In this document: one piece after another, positions 7,072-15,387 of the stretch
Layout: each line of letters opens with the position of its first letter
Position numbering within the stretch: the stretch's first letter is position 1
Notes under the pieces: model-generated
What the model was told of the DNA's origin: nothing
The model's database searches: none
Seen by the model: only the letters and a program-made list of their open reading frames with translations
Program-made: the position numbers and the translations under genes
NCBI GenBank assembly: GCA_905339155.1
Contig: CAJPFJ010000068.1
Span: 1 to 24,000, forward strand
Source: Methanosarcinales archaeon
GTDB taxonomy: Archaea > Halobacteriota > Methanosarcinia > Methanosarcinales > Methanoperedenaceae
Reading direction: 5' to 3'
DNA length: 24,000 nucleotides

Positions 7072-7824
7072 TTACTTCTTGAGCAGCTTTCCAACTTTTA
7101 TGCCCTTATCTGAAAATTCAATGGCTCGCATCTCGCAGTCATGCTTTGTCCCGCGCATTTTAATGATCTGTAAGCCTCGGACCATACTTCCCTGCTTGTC
7201 CATGAAATTATGCAGGAATATCACACCATGCGATGCGAATTGTTCTATGGTATAAGCATCTGGATTTGTAAGTTCGGAGAGCAGTATAGTTGTACATCCT
7301 AGAGTTTTCAGGTTGCGGATGAACCTGCTAATGGAACGCTCTTCCGATGCTATGTCCTTTGAGGCGAACCTGATCGAAGACAATGAGTCGATCACCAATC
7401 TCTTAATACCGAACTGTTTGATCTGGTTTTCCACTTCTTTAAATACGGAAAATGGGGTGGGTGGTTGATTCACAAGGGAGTCGCCAGATTGCTGAACATA
7501 ATCCGGAGTAATAAGACTTGACATCTCATCATATTCTCCATAATTTATAGTCGGACCAAGATCTATAAAGAACAATTTTTTCGTCTTGATCATATCATCG
7601 ATCTGTGGATTATATCGTAACATATCTTCTACAAGGGTGCCGATATTTTCGGATAATGCAACGTATGCTCCTATCTCGCCTAAAAGCGCCCCTGCTGCAA
7701 GAAATTGGACGCCAAAAGTACTCTTGCCACTGCCCGGAGTGCCGCTCAACAAGTACTGCCTTCCCTGTAATAATCCTCCCTCAACCAGCGTATCAAATCC
7801 TTCAATCCCTGATTTTATTCTCAT
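7072..7824 (-). CDS. KaiC/RecA-superfamily single-domain ATPase (archaeal KaiC-like)
   Basis: 250 aa. The N-terminus GIEGFDTLVEGGLLQGRQYLLSGTPGSGKSTFGVQFL carries the Walker A motif GTPGSGKST. The Walker B-like strand is KRLVIDSLSS. The C-terminal LQIIKMRGTKHDCEMRAIEFSDKGIKV is typical of KaiC-like proteins. Confidence 0.8.
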   Translation of the reverse strand: MRIKSGIEGFDTLVEGGLLQGRQYLLSGTPGSGKSTFGVQFLAAGALLGEIGAYVALSENIGTLVEDMLRYNPQIDDMIKTKKLFFIDLGPTINYGEYDEMSSLITPDYVQQSGDSLVNQPPTPFSVFKEVENQIKQFGIKRLVIDSLSSIRFASKDIASEERSISRFIRNLKTLGCTTILLSELTNPDAYTIEQFASHGVIFLHNFMDKQGSMVRGLQIIKMRGTKHDCEMRAIEFSDKGIKVGKLLKK

Positions 7825-7955
7825 AATCTACCTCATAATTGCGGTTATTGGTGTTATAATTTTTTGAATATATATATGCATTGAAAAATGATTGGATTTA
7901 AGATGATTATTCTTGTTTTTTCTACTTTGAAATTGTCATGTTAAACTTTCCAATA

Positions 7956-8594
7956 TCATTCTTTATCAGCAGTTTGTTTCTTTTGAAAATCAATATCCTT
8001 TAATGACTCGGACGATGTAGTTGATTTTTCAAACCTGTGAACCTCTTCGATAGTATCATTAATTGATTCAAGAAGTATATCCTGGTCACTCTTGAGACCG
8101 GAGATCCCCCATTCACATGAATTTTTTATTGTTCTAATCGCTGATTTCATTGGTTTCCTTCGTGATTCATATTCTCCAAAACTTGTTAATAATGCTGATC
8201 TTTCAAGCATATATATATTCTCCCTGAATTTTTTTAATTGTAGTATAAAAAGTGTATTTTCTCTAACATTCGTAAGTAGGTTCTTGTCAGCATCAGAAAT
8301 ATTTCTAACATTGCATAAAGTATTAATTTTTAAATTTAAATTTTCAAAATTTACATTTTCATTTGTAGTAAACTCAATATAGATTTCGCCAGCACTTTTA
8401 ATTACATTTGAAATAGGTTTATATAGCTCTGTTTTTGAATAGTCCAGGAAGAACTTCGCCTTTATTGATAAAGGCAAGAGTCTGAAAGAAGAAGCTGATA
8501 TAAATGAAGAGGATGTTGATTCGTTTTTCAAAGCAATATTCTTGCGTAATATTGATTTAAAAATTAAATTATCTTTAGAGTCCATGGAAACCAC
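7956..8594 (-). CDS. Hypothetical protein (AT-rich orphan ORF)
   Basis: 212-aa ORF on the same strand as its neighbours, 43 nt downstream of the response regulator. It is rich in Asn/Lys/Ser/Ile and has no recognisable motif. Local composition is markedly AT-rich: a hand count of 8221-8280 gives 16 G+C out of 60. Confidence 0.4.
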   Translation of the reverse strand: MVSMDSKDNLIFKSILRKNIALKNESTSSSFISASSFRLLPLSIKAKFFLDYSKTELYKPISNVIKSAGEIYIEFTTNENVNFENLNLKINTLCNVRNISDADKNLLTNVRENTLFILQLKKFRENIYMLERSALLTSFGEYESRRKPMKSAIRTIKNSCEWGISGLKSDQDILLESINDTIEEVHRFEKSTTSSESLKDIDFQKKQTADKE

Positions 8595-8637
8595 AATTCT
8601 TACCTCTGCACAATTTCATCACCAAAATCTAACGCGT

Positions 8638-9438
8638 TCATGGATCCCTCTCAAAAATATCCGAGAAAACCATTACAATACCAATTATACTATCTCCGTC
8701 AATTTTGATGCTTGAGCCCATAATATCGACAGGTATTTTCAAACCTTCCTTTGTTATTAATACCGTATGCTCAGATAGACCGTAGAACATGTCTTCTTCA
8801 ATTGCTTTTGTTACAAGATCCACTATTTGTTCCCCGGTTTCTTCGCCAATAATATTGAAGACACCTGCCAGAGGTTTTCCTATAGCATCCTTCTGATTCC
8901 AACCTGTTAGTGCCTCTGCGATCGGATTCATGAGTCTTATCATTCCTTCCGGATCTGTAGCGATCACTGCGTCACCTATGCCCCCAATTACTGAAGAAAG
9001 CCATTGGTTTTTCTCTCTCAAACTCTTTTCACTCTCTTTTAACATCTTCTCCATTTTGTTTTTATAGAAAGCAATTTCAAGATTTATCTGTAATTCCCTG
9101 TCTTTAAATGGTTTTATTAAGTATGCATAAGGCTCAGTGATTTTTGCCCTTTCAAGTGTCTTATTATCCGCATATGCAGTGAGATATATTACTGGTATAT
9201 CGGAAAAAGAATGAATTTTTGATGCAGCTTCAATCCCATCCATTTTGCCATACAGGTTTATATCCATTAAGACAAGGTCGGGATTATTTTCTTTTGTCTT
9301 TTTGATAGCCTCTTCCCCGGAAGATACTATTACGGGAACAGCATATCCCATTGCCTTTAATTTTCTCTGTAATCCTTCAGCAATAAGTATTTCATCTTCA
9401 ACAACAAGTATCTGTTTTTCGTCCGACATTTTATTCAC
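8638..9438 (-). CDS. Response regulator: CheY-like receiver domain + PAS domain
   Basis: The receiver domain reads ILVVEDEILIAEGLQRKLKAMGY...PDLVLMDINLYGKMDGIEAASKI...IPVIYLTAYAD...IKPF (acidic pocket, phospho-acceptor D in LMDI, conserved T and K). A PAS-like region follows (GDAVIATDPEGMIRLMNPIAEALTGWNQKDAIGKPL). It has no DNA-binding output domain. Its start overlaps the kinase stop by 8 nt. Confidence 0.85.
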   Translation of the reverse strand: MNKMSDEKQILVVEDEILIAEGLQRKLKAMGYAVPVIVSSGEEAIKKTKENNPDLVLMDINLYGKMDGIEAASKIHSFSDIPVIYLTAYADNKTLERAKITEPYAYLIKPFKDRELQINLEIAFYKNKMEKMLKESEKSLREKNQWLSSVIGGIGDAVIATDPEGMIRLMNPIAEALTGWNQKDAIGKPLAGVFNIIGEETGEQIVDLVTKAIEEDMFYGLSEHTVLITKEGLKIPVDIMGSSIKIDGDSIIGIVMVFSDIFERDP

Positions 9439-11572
9439 CTTTAAAATTAATTTGAAATTCTGTTCCTCTTTCCCTATTTAAAGTGATCTCCCCATGAAGC
9501 TGATTTTCAGAAAGCGTGTAGATTAGATGCATGCCCAATGATTTCGTATTTCGAGTATCCATATCCCCTGGAATGCCTATACCATCATCACTTACTGAAA
9601 AATAGATCATATTACCATCCATTTTTTGAAATATAATTTTAATTTTGCCGTGTCTATCTTTAGGAAATGCGTATTTTAATGAATTAGTAATAAGTTCATT
9701 TAGTATCAATCCGCATGGGACTGCATAATTAATATTCAGTGGAATATTATCAACGTTAATTTCTAATTCTGCATTGCCTTTAGTCCCATAAGAACCCATC
9801 AAGTTGGAAGCAAGATCGTTAATGTACTCCTGGATATTAATTTGTGCAAGGTTCTCGGATTGGTAGAATTTTTCATGAATAAGGGCCATAGAAAGTATCC
9901 GGTTATTACTATCATTAAAAATATCAAGATACTTTTGATCAACAATATTCTGGGACTGAAGAAGGAGAAGACTGGAAATAATCTGCATATTGTTTTTTAC
10001 GCGATGATGAATTTCCCGCAGAAGCGTTTCTTTCTCGTGGAGAGAGTCTTGAATTAGCTTCTCAGACTTCTTGCGCTCGGTTATGTCCCGTGATACATGA
10101 ATTACACTTACGACCTTTCCATTTTCATCCCCTATGGGGGATGTTGAAACCTCAAAATATCGCTTTTCTTCCCCCTTATTATAGTGAACAAGCTCAGAAG
10201 TTGAATTTGTACCTGTCTTCAAAGTTTCAATAAGAGGGCAGATATCAATCGGAGGGGCACATGGTTCAGCACAATTATGGATAATCTCGTGGCAGGTTTT
10301 TCCAATCACTTCATCTTTCTTCATCTCATAATTACCCAGGAAAACTGAATTTGCATCGATTATCCTGAAATTATTGACATCAATGACAGAAATAGCGTCG
10401 TTCATACTGTTGAGCACGGTTTCAGTGAATTCCTTTGATCTAATAAGTAAATCCTCTGCTTTCTTTCGTTGCGAGATATCATGGATAATGAACGACAGGC
10501 CGGTTAATTTATTATTTAAATCCAGCAATTGGGATATTGTCAAACTCACAAATATCCTGGTACCAGTCTCATGTATATGCACAGTTTCAATTCCGGAAGC
10601 CGATTGACCCAGAAGGAATAGGTCAGAAAGTTTTTTTCCCATTACATTTCCCACTTCCCATCCAAAAAGTTTCTCTGCACTGTGGTTCCATGATGTAACA
10701 AAATCTTGAAGGTCAGTTGTAATGATTGCATCGTTTGCATTATCAAATAGATTACGGTATTTATTCTCTGCCCCTATGCGAAGCTTTTCCTCCGCCAGAG
10801 CCAGCTTTTCATAGGGTAGATCTACGGATGATTTATACAGGCCAAGATGAAAATAGAAAAAACCAGTGATTATAAGAAAATGCCCTGAGATTTCATAAAA
10901 GAAGTAAACCAGATTACTGAGAAGTATGATGAGAGGACCGTATATTAAAAAATGCAGGTCATCCTGCCCGGTTTCTTTGGCTCTTTTTGCATAAAGATAG
11001 CATGCAACTAAAATAATAATTGTAATAACAAGTAATAATAATGCAGTTGTCGTGGAATAACCATCAATGTTATTTGATGCAAGAAAATCTTCACGAAATA
11101 ATCCGGAAGCCAGGAAGACAGATAATATTGTTATCATGAACAAAACTATGACACGTTTGTTGATCAATTTAGGAAGTGAATCTTTATGCACAAATACACT
11201 GGCAAGGATTAAAACAGCCAGGACGAATCGGGATTCAAGAAAGAAAATCGCTGATTTATGGGCGGAGTTGGGGTTGATGAAATCGGGCATAAAAGGATAG
11301 GAAAGTAAATGAAATAGAATTAAAAGTCCAGTTATACAAAAAGTTGCACCCAGAAAAAGAGAATGTCGATCCCGGCTTTTACTATATGCATACCACGTTA
11401 AGCCAAATATTGAAAGAGCAACGAAAACAGAGAATAATTCGGATATGATCTCAAAAGTTTCTTCCAGTGATTTAGAGACATTTGATTTTGATGAATCTAT
11501 CGTTTCTTGAAGGAAAACTCCTATCAGGAAAACCGACACAATTATTGCTAATAATTTATATTCATCTTTCAA
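9431..11572 (-). CDS. Membrane sensor histidine kinase: polytopic N-terminal sensor (MASE3-like), two PAS domains, HisKA_2 and HATPase_c
   Basis: 713 aa. About 7 hydrophobic helices span the first 245 aa, including LFHLLSYPFMPDF. PAS1 contains NANDAIITTDLQDFVTSWNHSAEKLFGW. PAS2 contains NSMNDAISVIDVNNFRIIDAN and a 4-Cys insert. The HisKA_2 H-box is LLREIHHRVKNNMQIISSLLLLQ. The ATPase N and G boxes are LNELITNSLKYAF and DDGIGIP. Confidence 0.85.
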   Translation of the reverse strand: MKDEYKLLAIIVSVFLIGVFLQETIDSSKSNVSKSLEETFEIISELFSVFVALSIFGLTWYAYSKSRDRHSLFLGATFCITGLLILFHLLSYPFMPDFINPNSAHKSAIFFLESRFVLAVLILASVFVHKDSLPKLINKRVIVLFMITILSVFLASGLFREDFLASNNIDGYSTTTALLLLVITIIILVACYLYAKRAKETGQDDLHFLIYGPLIILLSNLVYFFYEISGHFLIITGFFYFHLGLYKSSVDLPYEKLALAEEKLRIGAENKYRNLFDNANDAIITTDLQDFVTSWNHSAEKLFGWEVGNVMGKKLSDLFLLGQSASGIETVHIHETGTRIFVSLTISQLLDLNNKLTGLSFIIHDISQRKKAEDLLIRSKEFTETVLNSMNDAISVIDVNNFRIIDANSVFLGNYEMKKDEVIGKTCHEIIHNCAEPCAPPIDICPLIETLKTGTNSTSELVHYNKGEEKRYFEVSTSPIGDENGKVVSVIHVSRDITERKKSEKLIQDSLHEKETLLREIHHRVKNNMQIISSLLLLQSQNIVDQKYLDIFNDSNNRILSMALIHEKFYQSENLAQINIQEYINDLASNLMGSYGTKGNAELEINVDNIPLNINYAVPCGLILNELITNSLKYAFPKDRHGKIKIIFQKMDGNMIYFSVSDDGIGIPGDMDTRNTKSLGMHLIYTLSENQLHGEITLNRERGTEFQINFKGE

Positions 11573-11751
11573 AATCTTTCAACCTCAGTTAAGTGGTTCA
11601 ATATTTTTTATCATCATCATGATTATAATAATTATTTTCATATATAAAGTTATCTATCGACCTCTACATTATGAAAAACAAATCCAAGAAGAATGCAACT
11701 GCAGAAAATACATGTCAGGTGCAATAGGATAAATAGGGATTTTACTTCAGA

Positions 11752-12309
11752 TTAATACGAATATCTCTCCTCTTTCCACGGATCTGCGCTGTCACTGTAT
11801 CCCCTCTGTTCCCAGAAGCCCAACTCCTTTTCTTCTGTGAATATAACTCTTCTAACCCATTTTGCGCTCTTGTATGCGTATTTTTTCGGAACGACAAGCC
11901 GAAGCGGCCCGCCATGTAACGGTTCAAGGGGCTTTCCCTCAAAATTATATGCAAAAATGACATCAGGCTCCATGAGTTCGGCAAGCTCCATGCTTGTGGT
12001 GTATCCGCCGTCAGCCTCTATCGTGGCGAACCGGGCATTGCTTTTTGGTCTTACAAGTTTTGCCAGGTCACTGAATCGAATGCCCTCCCATTTATTTTCA
12101 AACCGGCTCCATCCGGTCACACAATGAAAGTCGCTTACATCAACTGTTTTTTCAAGAGCGAGCAATTCATCGTATGTCAGCCTGATGGGATTTTCAACAA
12201 GCCCTTCAACACGGAAATCCCAGGTTTTGCTGTCGAATTCCGGTACTTTTCCGAAATGAAGGACAGGGAAATCTGTTGTCAGGCGCTGGTTTGGGGGAAG
12301 ACGGGGCAT
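11752..12309 (-). CDS. Sulfite-oxidase-family molybdopterin-binding oxidoreductase (small YedY/MsrP-like catalytic domain)
   Basis: 185 aa. FHCVTGWS contains the Mo-ligand Cys motif of the oxidoreductase molybdopterin-binding domain. HGGPLRLVVP..YAYKSAKWV is also characteristic. Its first 78 nt are copy B of the direct repeat. Confidence 0.8.
   Translation of the reverse strand: MPRLPPNQRLTTDFPVLHFGKVPEFDSKTWDFRVEGLVENPIRLTYDELLALEKTVDVSDFHCVTGWSRFENKWEGIRFSDLAKLVRPKSNARFATIEADGGYTTSMELAELMEPDVIFAYNFEGKPLEPLHGGPLRLVVPKKYAYKSAKWVRRVIFTEEKELGFWEQRGYSDSADPWKEERYSY
12232..12309 (-). repeat. Copy B of the 78-nt direct repeat (5' end of the intact Moco oxidoreductase gene)
   Basis: See 6526-6606. 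Both copies have the same orientation and their starts are 5706 nt apart. Confidence 0.9.
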
Positions 12310-12325
12310 AAATCTAACTCAGGGC

Positions 12326-12547
12326 CTAAAGCTTATTCTCATCCGCGAACTTAACCAGCGCCTCGCCCAGGGTCCGCACATACTTCGGATTGATATTGAA
12401 CCTTCCGCGCTTCTGGCCGCTTCTTTCCTTGGCTATCTCCACATATTCCTTTTCTTCCTCGAATTTATCGCTCTTCTGCATCGAGATAGTCATGAACCAG
12501 CCTGAACTCATCTTTATTTCAGTATAACCTTTATCTTCTTCAGTCAT
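12326..12547 (-). CDS. Hypothetical small protein
   Basis: 73-aa ORF with a 4-nt ATGA overlap onto the upstream AcnX-small-subunit gene. It ends 16 nt before the Moco oxidoreductase start. It is charged and Lys/Glu-rich, and I cannot place it in a family. Confidence 0.45.
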   Translation of the reverse strand: MTEEDKGYTEIKMSSGWFMTISMQKSDKFEEEKEYVEIAKERSGQKRGRFNINPKYVRTLGEALVKFADENKL

Positions 12548-12948
12548 AAAATTTCAACACTTCCTAATATCGCATCAACTAAAACCTTATCGCCATTTTT
12601 TATTACATTAACAGGATTCTCTTCAACATTGTCAACAAGAGGGATATCCGAGATTATTGCACCTACTGCCACGATCGGCTCAGTCCTGATATTTATCATA
12701 GCCAGGGGTGCAGCATTGTTCTTTTTGAGCTGGTAAATTGAATAAGAGCCAACAGTCGAGCCTTTACCGCCCGGAAATACAAGCACTTTCCCCTTTATGC
12801 TCATACCAAAAAGCTCATGCCCCTTTTCAACAACGATACCTGTTTTTACATCAATGCTTCCAAGAAAAGAAATGGGTTGTGCGCTCACAAGTGCATCCCC
12901 CTGTGCTTTCCCCCGCGAAACAATGTGCGCTTTGAGTTTTTTGGTCAT
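12544..12948 (-). CDS. Aconitase X swivel-domain protein (DUF126); probable small subunit of phosphomevalonate dehydratase in the archaeal mevalonate pathway
   Basis: 134 aa. GKAQGDALVSAQPISFLGSIDVKTGIV...GKVLVFPGGKGSTVGSYSIYQLKKNNAAPLAMINIRTEPIVAVGAIISDIPLV fits the DUF126 pattern (G.a.G..l....lSf.Gg.d...G.i; GkilvfP..kGSt.gs; aP.Aii; Gai...iP.v). The functional assignment rests on family knowledge. No large subunit (DUF521) is present in this window. Confidence 0.7.
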   Translation of the reverse strand: MTKKLKAHIVSRGKAQGDALVSAQPISFLGSIDVKTGIVVEKGHELFGMSIKGKVLVFPGGKGSTVGSYSIYQLKKNNAAPLAMINIRTEPIVAVGAIISDIPLVDNVEENPVNVIKNGDKVLVDAILGSVEIL

Positions 12949-13745
12949 TTGACTCCCAGCATTCTTATGATCTTTTCATGAAGTTCGCTATTTTTTGTTC
13001 CTGCAATTGATAAACCTGTCACCTGGACATTATTTGTCAAATTCTTACCTTTAATATCAGTAAGAGTTCCTCCTGATTCCTTCAATATCAAAGCAGATGC
13101 CATGATATCATAACCGCTCACGAGTCCCCGTGTGTCAATTATCCCATCAAGCGTCCCGTCGGCAACAAAACACATATCAAGCGCGATACTTCCCAGAGCC
13201 CGGACGATTATGGATTTTTCAAGCTCTATCAGACCCTCAGGTACATGAGGAACGCCATAAGAATAGACAGATACAACTGGTTTAGGTCTTGTGCCCCGTT
13301 TTTTCCCGATCATCTGTTTTTCATTTAAAAAGGCACCTTTTCCCTTCTCGGCACAATATGTATTCCCCTGTATATCGCATATCACTGCCATGCTGATATC
13401 ATCAAATGTGGCAATTTCGGTTGTATCAGTATAAGCAAGAGACGTGCAGAAAAAAGGTATGCCGCAAGTAGCATTCGTTGAACCGTCAATAGGATCCACT
13501 ACAAGCATGAAATCAGGATGATTGCCTACAATGCGGTCGCCAAGCTCCTCAGAAATTATCCTGGCAGAAAGACCTCTTGTTAAAAGAGCAGTATCGAGCG
13601 CGTTTTCGGCGGCCATGTCCATCTTGCGTGTGATATCCTTTGGGCGTTGAACTAGCATTTCGCCATAATCCTCATTATTCTTGATAAATGAGCTAATTAC
13701 ATCACGGATCTCAACGCCGATCTCAACTAAGGTCTCAATTTTCAT
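12945..13745 (-). CDS. Inositol-monophosphatase-family phosphatase (archaeal IMPase/FBPase or CysQ-like PAP phosphatase)
   Basis: Taken from the internal ATG at 13745 (MKIETLVEIG...). The IMPase motifs are ISEELG, the metal-binding VVDPIDGSTNA, and ALGSIALDMCFVADG. The track's longer start at 13796 would overlap the upstream gene by 60 nt. The gene sits directly downstream of an APS-kinase-like gene. Confidence 0.75.
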   Translation of the reverse strand: MKIETLVEIGVEIRDVISSFIKNNEDYGEMLVQRPKDITRKMDMAAENALDTALLTRGLSARIISEELGDRIVGNHPDFMLVVDPIDGSTNATCGIPFFCTSLAYTDTTEIATFDDISMAVICDIQGNTYCAEKGKGAFLNEKQMIGKKRGTRPKPVVSVYSYGVPHVPEGLIELEKSIIVRALGSIALDMCFVADGTLDGIIDTRGLVSGYDIMASALILKESGGTLTDIKGKNLTNNVQVTGLSIAGTKNSELHEKIIRMLGVK

Positions 13746-14289
13746 TAAACATGTCCCCAAAAAAGTTAATAATAGCATCCGCTGCGATATTTGCACTTGT
13801 ATCTGGCTTTGTTTTGTCGCTGTCGATTATGATAATTGGATCAACGGGTTCCTCATAAGCAACATTTACACCTGGAACATTGGCGCCGGCTTTTGCTGAT
13901 TTCTCATAAATCCCTTTGGGTGAAAAAATGGCTATTCTGTGGGCTTCACGTTCCATACAAACTTCAAGAGGACAGCGGATGTAGACTTCACCGAATTGCG
14001 GGATAAGTCTTCGTGCCGCATCACGATACTTTCTTTTGTTCGCGGTCGCATCGATAAAAACATTCATATCGCATTCAACCACGAGTTTTGCCATATAAGC
14101 AAGGGATGCATAAACGATTTCACGCTCATCATCCGTATATTTCGGGTTCGGTGTAAGAACTTTTCTTATCTCATCTAATTGAAGGATCTTTACATCAATG
14201 CCTTCATTCCTGAGAATAGCAGCGGTTCGGGAGGCGATCACTGTTTTACCGCTCCCGGGAAGACCTGTGAACCATACTGCAAAAGCCAT
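13735..14289 (-). CDS. P-loop kinase, adenylylsulfate (APS) kinase-like
   Basis: 184 aa. The Walker A motif is VWFTGLPGSGKTVIA. LQLDEIRKVL sits where APS kinases have LDGD.(V/I)R. The size and layout fit the CysC family. The substrate cannot be read from the sequence. A GGGGAT Shine-Dalgarno-like motif lies 5 nt upstream of the ATG. Confidence 0.6.
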   Translation of the reverse strand: MAFAVWFTGLPGSGKTVIASRTAAILRNEGIDVKILQLDEIRKVLTPNPKYTDDEREIVYASLAYMAKLVVECDMNVFIDATANKRKYRDAARRLIPQFGEVYIRCPLEVCMEREAHRIAIFSPKGIYEKSAKAGANVPGVNVAYEEPVDPIIIIDSDKTKPDTSANIAADAIINFFGDMFNEN

Positions 14290-14298
14290 TTCGATCCC

Positions 14299-15387
14299 CT
14301 AAAAATAAGAATTCACATTCTTATAATCAAATTCTTCGCTATCCAGGATATTGTTTATAAAATTAAATATCTTTGTCCTCACAATTGGGTCAAGATTGGG
14401 ATACCATATCGGGCTTGCCACAACAACGGATCTAAAGACATAAAATGGCTGGATAACCCTCAAGAGCTCCATGTCACCTGTTTTTTCAATGTAATTATTA
14501 AAGAATAGATCAAACATTTCTTTAAATGGCCCTTTTAATTGCCCGTATTTCTGGAGTGAATAGAACAGGTAGTTCATGGTTATTGAGGAAACATCATCTG
14601 CCGCCTCACCCCATTCTCCCCGGCTCCTGTCAAGCACCGTGAAATCCGCACCTTTACGGAACATTATGTTCCATGGATGGAAATCACCGTGCGTCATGCA
14701 CAGGCGCGCAGTATTGCCTTTAATTTTATATCGCCAGTCCACACATTTCTTTTCGATAGCACACAGGTCAACTTGCCTCACAAAATCAAGATTGTCCGGA
14801 TAGCTGTCCATCAATCCCATGATGCATTCGCCATGTCCCACAAGATCCCTGATCTTTCGCAAATACAATTCACGGTCATCATGTTTATTTGCATGGATCC
14901 GGGCAAGGTATGACGATAATGCACGTGTCCTGTCCCTGTCAAGAGTTATGAGTTTCCCGTCCTTTTTTATTCTTTCAAGATCAATGAAATACTCTTTTCC
15001 TTCGATCTTTTCCATTAAAATAAAATATTCTTCAGCTTTGCCAGATGAATAAAGTTCTCCTTCGTGTGTGAAGTAGCCCACATCAAGCGATTTTACATGC
15101 TCTGGCAGATTGTTAAAAACCGAGTTTTGCCATATCAGGATTTGAGCCCGATCGGAAAAATGGTCGTGCCCGAAACCTTTCTGCACGCGCATTGAAGAAA
15201 GCACTACAGAATGCTTTTTCCCGCCGGCTTCAAATTCAATGAGATATGGCTTGCCATATCCGAAGCCTTTTATTCCTTCCTCAACCTCAACGGGCATTCC
15301 GCCAAGCTCGCCGATCTTTGTGACTTTTGAGCTTCCGTACAGCGCTCCCAGGTAATTCTCAACCGCGTTAATCTGCAACTGCATCAT
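14299..15387 (-). CDS. Aminoglycoside-phosphotransferase/choline-kinase-fold small-molecule kinase (APH family), substrate unknown
   Basis: 362 aa. The catalytic-loop motif is [15 protein letters not shown] (HGD.H..N). The downstream metal-binding Asp lies in [18 protein letters not shown]. The N-lobe is a beta-strand region with an FILMEKIEG hinge. It has a 4-nt ATGA overlap with the ahcY stop. Confidence 0.7.
   Translation of the reverse strand: MMQLQINAVENYLGALYGSSKVTKIGELGGMPVEVEEGIKGFGYGKPYLIEFEAGGKKHSVVLSSMRVQKGFGHDHFSDRAQILIWQNSVFNNLPEHVKSLDVGYFTHEGELYSSGKAEEYFILMEKIEGKEYFIDLERIKKDGKLITLDRDRTRALSSYLARIHANKHDDRELYLRKIRDLVGHGECIMGLMDSYPDNLDFVRQVDLCAIEKKCVDWRYKIKGNTARLCMTHGDFHPWNIMFRKGADFTVLDRSRGEWGEAADDVSSITMNYLFYSLQKYGQLKGPFKEMFDLFFNNYIEKTGDMELLRVIQPFYVFRSVVVASPIWYPNLDPIVRTKIFNFINNILDSEEFDYKNVNSYF

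Noticed and set aside
11573-11751. AT-rich intergenic region with ATCATCATCATGATTATAATAATTATT as a possible repeat or mobile-element end
   Set aside because: It is only short low-complexity AT-rich sequence, as expected for an archaeal promoter region upstream of the kinase gene. I saw no matching inverted or direct copy elsewhere in the window.
12945-13796. 283-aa long form of the IMPase-family ORF
   Set aside because: The extra 17 residues (MQISQRMLLLTFLGTCL) would overlap the upstream kinase gene by 62 nt. The ATG at 13745 gives an 11-nt overlap and a typical IMPase N-terminus.
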